This document shows, piece after piece, positions 21,301 to 29,980 of a stretch of 64,000 nt of DNA. The stretch's first letter is position 1; every line of letters begins with the position of its first letter. This DNA is from a virus. Taxonomy: Duplodnaviria; Caudoviricetes. Made by a program: the position numbers and the translations under genes. The notes beneath the pieces are model-generated. The model saw only the letters and a list, made by a program, of their open reading frames with translations. It searched no databases and was not told the origin of the DNA. Location of the stretch: positions 1 through 64,000 of IMG/VR virus record IMGVR_UViG_3300028591_000130; one strand, written 5' to 3'.

Positions 21301-24300
21301 TCTAACGCTGAGGTTATGGTTAAAGGTACAGGTGATCGTCTTGTAAGCTTAAGAAAGCATATCGACTTTTTTAGCAAGAATATGCACACAGTTGACTCAG
21401 GAAAGATTTGGACAGCAGCTATTCTTACTTCGTCAGAAGGTGACGCCAGCATTTTGAAAGCAATAGAAGATCGCAATTATGACGCCCTTAACGCAATTAT
21501 AGAAACATGTGCTGCTCCCACAAGTAAATTTAGTCCTATCAATAATCAAGGTGCACTTACTATTCGAAAGATGACTCTTGCTCTCGTAGGTTTAGGAGTA
21601 ATGAGTAGAGAAACAGCAGGTTCTTCTCAAACAACTGCAGCTATACCAAGCAATCAAGACACTATTAATAAGTTATATCTTGAAGCTGCAGACGATCCTA
21701 CGACTTATATACCACACAGTTTTCATGATATGATAGTATCTGACGCAAGGGGACGTATGCTCCGTGCCTTTCCTACTTTCTTTATGACATTTATAGATGA
21801 AGGTAGAGAGATCGGCTTTTGGAAACTACACGACAACTTCTATAACGTTAACGCGATATCAAGCATTGAAGTAGTCAAAAGCAGAAAGCTGCCTGCAGAT
21901 ACTTGTATTATCACTATGTCTAACTTTTTTAACTCTTTTGCTACGGAAGATGAAGATTACATTAGGACTGTCATTGCACCTTTACACGATGCCTATAACT
22001 CGATATTTTCACCAAAGGAATATTTTCAAGAACAAGAAGTTGCGAGATCTATTAAGCCACCTGAACCTAAACTCAGACTAAGACCCGGTGCAAGATTACA
22101 CGTTAGAATGGGTTACGGCAATAACGCTGATATGTTACCTATAGTTTTTAACGGCGTTATAGCTGAAGTATCTTCAGAAGCCACTGTTCAAATAGTAGCA
22201 CAAGGTGACGGCATTGAACTTTTGAATCCCATTAATATAGACAAAGAAGCGCACAATCTTCCTAACGAAGATGATTTTGAGGGACATAGTTGGGCTACTA
22301 ACGCAATATCACCACTACAATTAGCTACAGCAATGTTTACTATTCACGGGGGGTTTCTTAATGAACAATTAAAGAAAAGATTAAAATTTAACTTAACCCC
22401 CAGAAATCCTTTTGGTATAGTTCATTTTGGTGATCCTGACTTTAAAAGTTTTTGCAAAACGGGAGAATGTTGTCAAAACCTTTACGAGATGACAACAAAG
22501 CCTATGTACGGTGGAAGCATTAATGACTTGTTCAGTAACAGCTACAACTTTAAGGATATCACAAGAATTACCTTTGACTTGTTTCAAAAAACGCCTTGGG
22601 ACGTTCTCAATATTTGTAAGAGTATATCACCTGACGCCAAACTTGCTGTAGTACCTTTTATGGTAAGAAGCACTGTCTTTATGGGTATGCCCCATTACTA
22701 TTACGCTTACGATTATTACATTGACGAAGATAACGTAGCTAAGGAGAAGAGAAAACCTTTTGAACAATGGCATATTTACACAGCAGAACAAGATATCATA
22801 GGTAATGGTGTAGTAGCTACAACACGTGACGTTAAAACTGTAGCCATGGGGCTTTACCAAATTTGTGAGACCTTTAACAGCAAGTCACAACAAAGAGTAG
22901 GCCCACTTTACGCTGACTTTGATATCTACAGTGATTGTCAAAGAACTATGGTTGTTGATACAAGCTTGTTAGGAAAAGGTCCGCCTTTTATCGGAACCAT
23001 AACTAATTATTTTTCTACATGGGGATGTGATCTTTTTAGCGGACAAGGCGGTATTGACGCACTTTTTGATGACACAGGTCCTGTAGCAAGCCATAAAAAA
23101 ATAGCTTGGCGTGCAACGGCGTCAAAGCTTAGAGAAAGCGTTATGGATATGTACGCAGGGGATCTTGTCGTTATAGGTGACGCAAGCGTTAAACCACAAG
23201 ACAGATTCTTTATGTCAGATAAGTATTCTTGTATGCACGGTCAATGTCTCGTTAAAGAGGTTGTACACAGACTGTCTGTAGAAAACGGTTTTACTACTAC
23301 GATATCACCTGACTGTATAGCTGTTGTTAACGACAAAGCTGAATTGTTAAAGTATGAAAGTATGAATAGGATAGGCGGCTTATGTGCTATGTCTGCAACT
23401 ACTGCTGAGGAACTTAACGACTCAACGTCATGGCTGTCTGTCGCTGCTCGTACTGTAGCTTATGCCGGCATAGGTCTTGCAACAACAGGAGCAGTAGGAC
23501 TTTTGACTACTCGTGCCATTAAACAAGCTGCTACTTTTATTATGCAACATAGCCCTATGTTTGCGACAACTACAGGTACTGTCCTTGGTAGTATGGGCAA
23601 GATAGTGCAAACCATAGGTAACTTTGTCAGCAGGGCACCCAGTATACTGGGAAGAGTAGGTACGTCAATAGCAGCAAGAGGTGCGTCAATGATGTTAGCC
23701 GGAGGAGCTGCCGGCGCAACAGGCGCAGGTGTCATAGCAGGCGGAATCCTTGGTACCATATCTCTACCTATCATAGCTGCAACTACAATAGCAAGTGCAC
23801 TTATAATGCCACTTCTTAACTCATGGGTAGCAGAACAACTCAGGAATTATAAGGTTATAACGATCTATCCAATTAAGAAGTTTGGTTACGCTTACACTGC
23901 AGGTTTCGAAGGTGCAAGGGGTACAGTTTACGGTTCACCTACTTGGGGTGACAGAGGCAGTTTTGGTGACGTACTTGACTATATGCAAGAAGAATATCCT
24001 ATTGTCAGCTCTGTACTTGGTTTCTTAGCCAGTGACGAAGTAGGCGATCTTGCAAAAAAGTACCAAAAGGATAACGCAATTATTGGTAGTGACGGAGAAC
24101 CTGTTGTTGCAGAGGAAGAATATAATAAAATGATGGCACACCTTGCAGGAGCACCTTCTTCTTACTTTTCCAACAGTTATCGATCCAACCAGATAGTACC
24201 AAGAGCAGGTACTTCTACCCCTGTTGCGTTTACTAACGCTTATAATCATTATAAAAAACTTGATACTAAAAATTGGAAAAACGATCTTGGCGATAACGTT

Positions 24301-24900
24301 TTTATACCAAATGACACAAGATTAAGACCTTATATAAAGGAACAATTTTTAACTATAGTTCACGTAGAACCCGGTACACCTGTTGACGGTCAAAAAGTTA
24401 CTGACGAAAACGTTACCGTCAACGGAAAAACGGTAAGATTAAAAGCAATTCATACAGTTGACGGAAAAGGTAACGCTGTTGTTGATATACCATTCTTACA
24501 CCGTGACGCAATACACATTCTTTACGAGATTATCAAACGTGCTAAAAAGAAAATGCCGCCTGCTAACTCACAAGACCCACAAGAGTACTGGGAACAGAAC
24601 AAGAACGATCATATAGCGTTAAAAAGTGCACTAAGAGTAGGCGACAGAACTTCAATGGGTGCAACCGGATTTACCTTCGTATTACAAGCTACAGCTGATA
24701 ACAGTAAAAGGGCTCTTAAAAGTGCTATTGAAGAATTCTACCAAGAAACTAAAAACTATGAGGGCAACCCTTGTATATCTTCTGATATCTTTGAGTATAA
24801 ACAACAAGATAACGGTGAAGTATCTGTAGTAGTTACAATGACGTCAGTTAGCGGACAACCTGAAAGTTCAAGTAACGATAGTAAAAAGAAAGAGGGGTAA
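15361..24900 (+). CDS. 3179-aa multidomain baseplate hub / tail-tip megaprotein (degenerate SNase-like, tube-initiator-like, gp27/late-control-D-like hub, hydrophobic Gly/Ala segments, degenerate M15-like C-terminus)
   Basis: Hub signature AISSIEVVKSRKLPADTCIITMSN...LRPGARLHVRMGYG...VFNGVIAEV...IVAQGDG and GDLVVIGDASVKPQD...VKEVVHRLSVENGFTTTI. It sits immediately upstream of spike, gp25-like and baseplate J-like genes. Confidence 0.65.
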   Translation: MATQTTGIGTSQGAQTVVSIEQVISRITNGTATSNDEYTYRQWLQQQVKEGKADYDKDKEIYTFKDSDWSVSYSKDTYQRFIKGEKLSDALKEQVDSGAKPMTADECYQVLTGGTSNRSLLDKALSYYAMHYDEVNAVDNNSLRAQKGDSVKDIVMKDEYMRLRLAKLAQIAISYNTGINKIKATDLYSNSFLKDFGTFEDSQNVSDVDRTEEKTANDIAKEVLGNSTLNLSDQTDFKLPDMGDYYLGNVDTTYLDLISERYENKKDAHAAAFYAETAPEKTLGYNEDTDIYFLKAKVNLSDNDIKDGFMGTDFITLFVDQVSAAEGDATAALEKLSADIANKTAGYPAIAGSSAGNMFELQLVGISSPKPARWATETNVEKSSISYKGIKKSDTIETFLSNSFVISFPDMLALLEQKGNDSTNDFCFIYVNGKWHQAELISETNGTCDFRWLIDPGSETVSTIKQKGTESVDKSSDVIANMALAQGISTLRELINSAGGTIYIRFEGAGLKEGGSVNFPAAMSGALSDITAKSQLLSMTANSSDITASGLNRIHTTSNRRYLGEVFIKMDSQYGNVFINLAKYILGTIEDNPDANKLYRDETGEYKMTDFYKMSDVYEGKNNHNFVTRDYDIDSKVYADAFFETLDILDDRREIQQAIHGENWDNLHEYNVTIGDVTFFVPPVNIRMQTHTQSERMQLLRAAGSATKTDQHMTRVIAMDIFFNEERGINGYQYTTTLNDSEKTPVVYSLNGLRALVSQFKFTPFLPITNTFINETLGIEAVTVSSLQITSVHNYPKLIHATITMLEFDWTVYMPDISQLKITAAYGAAILQEKNWEDLQAAANAATDENGNVVTNDAIEEAASDLKRNSKYINWFEKTINWKTFRYYYQRAIRRGDLLKNLPVDFNSEEYIYYTSGGLTCLVPMEFTEPRIKFYMANEDYLKELLKARFEYLSKTGTKGQEISFSPDQIKFLEALDELRQNLLELSQNAEFRQCVDSANELIHMAGIFSDADDLVGNLRPDSFYNKGCITNGMGLPQECVNRVNACLARIDQITQDVRTRHNNYFEYDPEYFSIINKDGTKVSFAVAIRLKRSALTDTEMGSFRQTIKNFTGTDPFQEQGNWQGWIDDAIDRRNSETMAIPDHLVDSNQDRIIIPMSIGVKKQGYITDVYKIDPYSNFDLDSNTAGMKLLSQTDHIINTYKDKKASATGHPDVNALMNLVYDPYAVTDDSSEGFLVVDWRATLTNHLARIRVISNDSYAPQYLGGEDTEINITIRTQNKQAATMLTAIPKQISRLTRMYHLVMPCVPLRIESEFSKFLSVNDVTCEQSVISTVANHPGLYEVNMTFISMNRTIREREAATKKAINNAGWNYYGDDSLTDYGKGHLYGAALGSVAGLLGGIAGGVGALTLKGVGALLATAAVGAAVAATGACLLVGIGHVISDVMTLNSTDLSQSSAGDGTINRRKFRHYFDIKNSLAEMDLYPDLELPMIAEMEAAGFYYTRYKFQDNRLYVDPDFYFIYPVKLTSNIYRELAIHGMEGGIGETKLTDVTGACVTVKPAQGSTLQATASNNTYNKQAQTARDIRLGVIKLKEELRKDGEENIKQNPKVEMPFMALVNLTMERDSWSVCDNIQGMFLEKRFLQEIKTYENTNAAATAGNVNETRGTGSTTNTDAADKESEGGEVVQTENQQNKQVVHTEGSYIFNQQEKAIQAAEEFYKWLSTKTIEQTIPNMAVSAGVFLETGPVISNSQVFSIIKTAVVAWLGLSEVQDFLSALYVDINNKFVDLVQNIVCAAACVSGARKEFSGAESSDDWKPDCNFVGVQLGTSQNAGGSNEVLWPKDKSKQKECFNVIVKHSLEFSIYRFKMLTDQELYAAIYKGEEAAIEKPYTDNIEEGNVNYSHFLLDPGYRTATVELIEEYKGKCITSMAYATYAYLRLLFYWLCRLVYLRVFPNFSTDIARSHAQHEISVQNTTKSLLGESNAEVMVKGTGDRLVSLRKHIDFFSKNMHTVDSGKIWTAAILTSSEGDASILKAIEDRNYDALNAIIETCAAPTSKFSPINNQGALTIRKMTLALVGLGVMSRETAGSSQTTAAIPSNQDTINKLYLEAADDPTTYIPHSFHDMIVSDARGRMLRAFPTFFMTFIDEGREIGFWKLHDNFYNVNAISSIEVVKSRKLPADTCIITMSNFFNSFATEDEDYIRTVIAPLHDAYNSIFSPKEYFQEQEVARSIKPPEPKLRLRPGARLHVRMGYGNNADMLPIVFNGVIAEVSSEATVQIVAQGDGIELLNPINIDKEAHNLPNEDDFEGHSWATNAISPLQLATAMFTIHGGFLNEQLKKRLKFNLTPRNPFGIVHFGDPDFKSFCKTGECCQNLYEMTTKPMYGGSINDLFSNSYNFKDITRITFDLFQKTPWDVLNICKSISPDAKLAVVPFMVRSTVFMGMPHYYYAYDYYIDEDNVAKEKRKPFEQWHIYTAEQDIIGNGVVATTRDVKTVAMGLYQICETFNSKSQQRVGPLYADFDIYSDCQRTMVVDTSLLGKGPPFIGTITNYFSTWGCDLFSGQGGIDALFDDTGPVASHKKIAWRATASKLRESVMDMYAGDLVVIGDASVKPQDRFFMSDKYSCMHGQCLVKEVVHRLSVENGFTTTISPDCIAVVNDKAELLKYESMNRIGGLCAMSATTAEELNDSTSWLSVAARTVAYAGIGLATTGAVGLLTTRAIKQAATFIMQHSPMFATTTGTVLGSMGKIVQTIGNFVSRAPSILGRVGTSIAARGASMMLAGGAAGATGAGVIAGGILGTISLPIIAATTIASALIMPLLNSWVAEQLRNYKVITIYPIKKFGYAYTAGFEGARGTVYGSPTWGDRGSFGDVLDYMQEEYPIVSSVLGFLASDEVGDLAKKYQKDNAIIGSDGEPVVAEEEYNKMMAHLAGAPSSYFSNSYRSNQIVPRAGTSTPVAFTNAYNHYKKLDTKNWKNDLGDNVFIPNDTRLRPYIKEQFLTIVHVEPGTPVDGQKVTDENVTVNGKTVRLKAIHTVDGKGNAVVDIPFLHRDAIHILYEIIKRAKKKMPPANSQDPQEYWEQNKNDHIALKSALRVGDRTSMGATGFTFVLQATADNSKRALKSAIEEFYQETKNYEGNPCISSDIFEYKQQDNGEVSVVVTMTSVSGQPESSSNDSKKKEG

Positions 24901-24906
24901 AATTCT

Positions 24907-25275
24907 ATGACAGCACTAAGACAACAAATGATAGATAAACTTGTAACACCGATAACTTATCCTAACGAAGCTATAACTACTACTGCACTTGTGTTAAGAG
25001 CTGACGATAAGAATAACTGTTGTGATATCAGATTTGTTAACAAAGAAGGTGTTATGTGTGAAAGAGAAAATGTCATTGTAAGATTAACGGGATCAGGTAT
25101 GGATTGGTTCCCTGTTGAGGGCGACTATGTTACTATTGAACTTTCTCGTGATATCTGCGCTATTGTGGCACGCAGTGTTTCTAACTACAATATGGATGTG
25201 CGCAGCAAGATGGAACTTAAGCAAGATATCTACTCTGACAGCTTTGGATATCCTCCGGGTGGTATTATATACTGA
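24907..25275 (+). CDS. Putative baseplate spike OB-fold protein (gpV/gp5 N-terminal-like)
   Basis: 122 aa with a WFPVEGDYVTIE pattern (P..GD.V.i) and a position directly after the hub gene. Confidence 0.5.
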   Translation: MTALRQQMIDKLVTPITYPNEAITTTALVLRADDKNNCCDIRFVNKEGVMCERENVIVRLTGSGMDWFPVEGDYVTIELSRDICAIVARSVSNYNMDVRSKMELKQDIYSDSFGYPPGGIIY

Positions 25276-25296
25276 CAAAGAAAGAAAGGTGATATC

Positions 25297-26610
25297 GTGG
25301 CAAAAACACTTGCTGAAATTCAAAGTCAAATGGCTATAGGATCTGATACAGTTACTATTGATAATTCTGACGCACAAACAGGTGATATTAACGTACCTGT
25401 GTCAAAAGAAAACGATAACTTTAATCCTACCCAAACACAGATCCAAGACGCCGTTAAGTTTATAAAGAGAGGGCACGAAAGCGGCCTTATCAACGATACT
25501 ACGCAGTCGTCTATAGTCATAAGACATAACGGACAAGTTAACCTTAGTTCAAGCCGTTACGCACAGTATAAGCTTAGCCCTAACGGTAAGATCATAGAAG
25601 AATCAATGGAAAGTGTCAGTGTGACTAATCGAAGAAAAGTTAGTACAGATGATATAGTTCTTAACGAGCATAAGCTTAATCCTTATCTTTACGAACTAAC
25701 TGATATCAAGAAACTTGCTACAGCTTATAATGATAATATGATCGTAGGTAACTTTTGTTTGTTTGGATCTGTTCTGACCCTTGCTTGGGAAATGAACCTT
25801 AAGCGTTACGTATTTTTACGGCGCCCTGCAAGAATGCCTATGTTTTCACCTGCCCTTAATATACCTGAAATTGACGAAGGTCTGGGTGTAACAGATCCAC
25901 TACGGATAGACGAAACTTTGCTTGCTAAAAGTACTAAAGGATATCAAGTTAACGCTGTAGTCTCTGACTCTAAGAGTTTAATAGGTAAAGATGGTCAAGC
26001 AAGATGGGGCAATGCTAACAGTAACGTAAGTTTTGGTAGAGATGGCAGTAGCGCAAGTTCTTCTTATAAGTTTATGTCTGGAACACCCGGTATTACTCTC
26101 GGATCTCCTGCACTAAGACAATGGTTCTTAGAAAGAGCACCTTACGCTACCGACGACATTTACAACCTGTTAATTCATACTGCTGCGAAATATGGTCTGC
26201 CTTTTGAAAGAGTTCTAGCGACTTGTATTCAAGAAAGTAGAGGTAACGTAGGAGATATGTCAGGAGCGGGAGCAATAGGCCTAATGCAACTAATGCCAGA
26301 TACTGCTGCAGGATTAGGTTTTGATCCTTATGATATCGAACAAAATGTTGAAGCAGGATGTGTGTATCTCAAAAGTATGTATGAACAATTTGGTGATTGG
26401 TCTTTAGCTCACGCTGCTTATAACGCAGGACCCGGTGCAGTTCAGAAAGCCGGGAATCAAATACCGAATTATGGTGAAACCACAAATTACGTTTACCTGA
26501 TTAATAAGTATATTTCAGAACTTCCTGCTGACGCACTTAACGCACAAGCACAAGGTAATACGGGGCAAACAAAAAAGGAAGAAAAGAAAGATACCCCGTC
26601 AAGAACGTAA
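25297..26610 (+). CDS. Baseplate/spike-associated lytic transglycosylase (C-terminal SLT domain)
   Basis: SLT motifs QESRGN (catalytic Glu), GAIGLMQLMP, AAYNAGPGAV and ETTNYV; the N-terminal region is beta-rich. Confidence 0.85.
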   Translation: MAKTLAEIQSQMAIGSDTVTIDNSDAQTGDINVPVSKENDNFNPTQTQIQDAVKFIKRGHESGLINDTTQSSIVIRHNGQVNLSSSRYAQYKLSPNGKIIEESMESVSVTNRRKVSTDDIVLNEHKLNPYLYELTDIKKLATAYNDNMIVGNFCLFGSVLTLAWEMNLKRYVFLRRPARMPMFSPALNIPEIDEGLGVTDPLRIDETLLAKSTKGYQVNAVVSDSKSLIGKDGQARWGNANSNVSFGRDGSSASSSYKFMSGTPGITLGSPALRQWFLERAPYATDDIYNLLIHTAAKYGLPFERVLATCIQESRGNVGDMSGAGAIGLMQLMPDTAAGLGFDPYDIEQNVEAGCVYLKSMYEQFGDWSLAHAAYNAGPGAVQKAGNQIPNYGETTNYVYLINKYISELPADALNAQAQGNTGQTKKEEKKDTPSRT

Positions 26611-26619
26611 CAAAAGGAA

Positions 26620-28629
26620 GTGATATCGTCAATGCCAACAACTAACGCTAACGGTGACTTTGTACCTGCTTGGGAGGGTTGTAAAACAGTAGTTGAACTT
26701 GAAGCTGAGTTTAACAGCTGGGCAATAACTATTTGTGTGCAATGGTTTAAAAGTGATATGTTATTGCAAGACGGTGTAGATATCAGTGCCGCTTACTTTC
26801 AACACTATAACAGAACCCCTGCAGACTTTTACTCAATACCATTTTCCGGCAGCACTAATCTCTACTATTACGGTGGCAGCGCTGCACACAATGACAGAAA
26901 GAAAATATTATCAAAACAGGCAGGTACACTGGGTATAAAAAAACAAGCTGTAAGAATACAAAGTTCTTTGTCTGATATCAATAACACTGTCAGTCAAGCA
27001 ACACAAGATCTAACCAAAGAAATAACAGGAACTTACGTTTATGATAAAGAAGCACGTACTGCTCTTGAGAAGATATCAAATGACTACAAAAACGGTAAGT
27101 CACAACAAGAAATAAAAAGTGAAATTATAGCCTTTAACGCCAGTCACGGTACCAATATATCAACAGATCTTACAGCAGCGCAAATTCACAAGGAAGCTAC
27201 AAAAACACGTGGTGGTATAGTTAACGAGGTTAATAACTTATTTGAGGGAAAGAACGTTTACTCTGAGGCTGCGCAAAATACTCTTCGTGATATCGCTGAT
27301 CGTTACGAAAAAAATGAAATAACAGAAGACGAAAAGAAACAAGCGATTAAAGATTTCAATAGTACTTACGGTGCTAACGTGTCAGAAAAAGCTACGGCTG
27401 CTACACTAAGAAAGACGGCAGATAAAAAAGACGGCATTGCGCACCTTACCGGTAATGACATAGCCGATGCCTGGAAAGCAGGAGTTAAGAAGGTTACTCA
27501 CTTGTCAGGTTATTGGGACAACAGCAAGAATTCTACTATCCAAAAGTTTACAAAAGAAGGTATTACCGGTGACGTTATGTGGGGTGTTATTACCGGTAAA
27601 TATAATAATGACGATAAGTGTAGGAAAGAACTTGAAGCCCTTGAACGTGATATCAGTTTAGGTAAATTGTCTGAAGATCAAAAGAAAGAAAGAGTAGCAG
27701 CTATTAACCAAAAATACGGCTTGAATCTTTCTGACGACGTTAGTGCAGAAGATTTGGTTGCTGTTGTCAAAAGCGACCAAAAATATACGTACAAAAAGAA
27801 AGTTAAAGAAATAGCAGGACAGATTGTAGAAGACCACCTTAATAAACATATAAGAGAACAAATAGAAGCCAGGATAGGCGCCAAGCTTGAAGATTGGGGC
27901 TTTGAATTTCAAAATGGTGATATCATAGGTGCTATTCGTGACTTAATACGTGGTAACAAAAATGCTTTCTTTAAGGAAGAAAAATTTATCAAACAACTAA
28001 AAATACAGCTTGAAGAACGAATTGATCAACTTATAGAAGATAAGATTAATCCGATTATTGATGAGCGGGCAAAACAGTTGCAAAACCAAGTTGACGCCGT
28101 AGCAGATAGATTTATGCAGACCATAGACCCTTATCGTCAGAAGGTTGATAATATTTATGACAATATTGAGTCATGGCTTACTAACTCTGAAGTTGCCAAG
28201 CTCATTATAGTTGACCAACTTGATAATTACATTAAGACACCTGTTACTAACATTGCTAACAAGATTGCGTCAATAGACAATTACTTTAAGAAGATAGGCT
28301 TGGGCAATCTTGGTTTGAGTAAGCAATTTGTGCACCTAACTCAAACTTTTACTAAGAGTTTGGGGGGCAAACTTTATGACATTACAAGGCCATTTGTAGA
28401 AAAAGCCCTTGGTATAGTGTCAAAGGTAAAACAAGGAATTAAAAAACTTATTGACACTGTGAACAATCTTAAAAAGAAAGCCAAAGAGCTTATAGAAAAA
28501 TGGAAAGAGCAACTCAAGAAGGTAATTGAAAATGTTACAAAGAAACTTATTGACGAAATTTCTAAGTATGTTAAGGTTAAGCTTTTGGGAACGTTAAAGG
28601 ATAGTAGTATTGGAGGAATTTTCAAGTAA
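26620..28629 (+). CDS. Hypothetical virion protein with three ~50-aa helical repeats and an amphipathic helical C-terminus
   Basis: 669-aa ORF with an RBS. The repeat A...LE.I...Y..G......K..I..fN..yG.N.S...tA occurs three times. Confidence 0.6.
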   Translation: MISSMPTTNANGDFVPAWEGCKTVVELEAEFNSWAITICVQWFKSDMLLQDGVDISAAYFQHYNRTPADFYSIPFSGSTNLYYYGGSAAHNDRKKILSKQAGTLGIKKQAVRIQSSLSDINNTVSQATQDLTKEITGTYVYDKEARTALEKISNDYKNGKSQQEIKSEIIAFNASHGTNISTDLTAAQIHKEATKTRGGIVNEVNNLFEGKNVYSEAAQNTLRDIADRYEKNEITEDEKKQAIKDFNSTYGANVSEKATAATLRKTADKKDGIAHLTGNDIADAWKAGVKKVTHLSGYWDNSKNSTIQKFTKEGITGDVMWGVITGKYNNDDKCRKELEALERDISLGKLSEDQKKERVAAINQKYGLNLSDDVSAEDLVAVVKSDQKYTYKKKVKEIAGQIVEDHLNKHIREQIEARIGAKLEDWGFEFQNGDIIGAIRDLIRGNKNAFFKEEKFIKQLKIQLEERIDQLIEDKINPIIDERAKQLQNQVDAVADRFMQTIDPYRQKVDNIYDNIESWLTNSEVAKLIIVDQLDNYIKTPVTNIANKIASIDNYFKKIGLGNLGLSKQFVHLTQTFTKSLGGKLYDITRPFVEKALGIVSKVKQGIKKLIDTVNNLKKKAKELIEKWKEQLKKVIENVTKKLIDEISKYVKVKLLGTLKDSSIGGIFK

Positions 28630-28647
28630 GGAGGTAAGATAATAACA

Positions 28648-29166
28648 ATGTCTATTGACTTTAAAGTTGATGATCGTGGTGACTTTGTCGTTTCTACACC
28701 GCCATTACACAAGAGATTAAAGATATCTTTTGTTAACAGCAAGTACCCTGTCTTAAGAGTAAGGTTCGAACAAGGACAAGACGTAGCAGCTGTTGACGGT
28801 AACAACAAACTTTGTGTTAAGTTTGCAACTTGTCAAGGACAAGAAAGTATGAACCGCAGGATATCAACGGTATCTGATATCAACGAACTGAGACAGAGAA
28901 TTATGATAAGATTACGAACTGAAGCGGGTGAGATAGGATTACTACCGTCTGTAGGTTCTTACGTTACTATCCTTAAGCACGAAGATATCTTGTCAGAGAA
29001 GACACAAGCCGAACTTCAAAGTGCGGTATTGTTTGCTATTGCTGATATCGTACAAAATCCTAAGGTTGTAGTAGTACCCAAGCGTAAAAGCGGTCCTTTT
29101 TTCTGTCAGAATATCAACGTTTACATTTATCAAAATGATATCTTGTTGTATACCTTATCTCTTTGA
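28648..29166 (+). CDS. Baseplate wedge protein, gp25/gpW-like
   Basis: ELRQRIMIRLRTEAGEIGLLPSVGS matches the gp25 pattern (Q.I...L.T..GE....P..G). Confidence 0.75.
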   Translation: MSIDFKVDDRGDFVVSTPPLHKRLKISFVNSKYPVLRVRFEQGQDVAAVDGNNKLCVKFATCQGQESMNRRISTVSDINELRQRIMIRLRTEAGEIGLLPSVGSYVTILKHEDILSEKTQAELQSAVLFAIADIVQNPKVVVVPKRKSGPFFCQNINVYIYQNDILLYTLSL

Positions 29167-29183
29167 AAGGAGGTGCTGTCGTT

Positions 29184-29978
29184 TTGAAAACTTCTCAACA
29201 GGTTAAGGAAGATATTCTTGATCGATTTTATGAAAAGACCAAAACTACAGTAGAAGAAGGAACGGTTATAGATATCTTTACAACTACTCTTGCTGAAGTT
29301 GTAGAAGATATCTACCAAGAGATAGATAATAACAGGACGCCGCATGTGTGGTCTTACCTTGAACAAGAACAACTTGATGATACCGGAGTAATGCTAAACC
29401 TTCCAAGAAAGACAGGTGAACTTGATACTAACTACCGATATCGTCTTATGAACTGGACGCTTTCTAATGAGGCGTCTAACCTGACAGCAATTAATGACGC
29501 ACTTTTAACACCTACATGGGCGTCAAATATTGAATTTAGACCTAAGGTAAGGGGATGCGGCACGGGTATATGTTACGTTATTCCTAAAGAATATACAGAT
29601 GTTTACATTACTAACGCACTTCTTGAAGCTAAAGAAGTTATAGAAAGAGTAGGTACTCCGGGATTATTTGTAGAGTATATAGTGCCACAAATTCTTGGTA
29701 TACAGTTACAAGTATATATGATATCAGAGAACGGCGATATCGATGCTATCAGGAGTAACATAGAAAGCAAGGTTCTTGAGTATATTAACGATATACCGCC
29801 TTACGCTTATCTGCAGATAGGACAAATTAACAGAATAGGCATAACGGAAGAAAAGGTTGACTACTTTAACGTTATGTCTGTCATAGTTAATGGTGAGACA
29901 GTAACAGATACTTCTTTATTACAAGGTATAGACACCAAGTTTTTGTATGATCAAATTATCTGGACAGGAAGTGACTGA
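29184..29978 (+). CDS. Baseplate J-like wedge protein
   Basis: EGTVIDIFTTTLAE..., LDDTGVMLNLPRKTGELDTNYRYRL and RGCGT. The likely start is TTG at 29184, downstream of GGAGG (the ORF track starts at 29163). Confidence 0.75.
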   Translation: MKTSQQVKEDILDRFYEKTKTTVEEGTVIDIFTTTLAEVVEDIYQEIDNNRTPHVWSYLEQEQLDDTGVMLNLPRKTGELDTNYRYRLMNWTLSNEASNLTAINDALLTPTWASNIEFRPKVRGCGTGICYVIPKEYTDVYITNALLEAKEVIERVGTPGLFVEYIVPQILGIQLQVYMISENGDIDAIRSNIESKVLEYINDIPPYAYLQIGQINRIGITEEKVDYFNVMSVIVNGETVTDTSLLQGIDTKFLYDQIIWTGSD

Positions 29979-29980
29979 TA

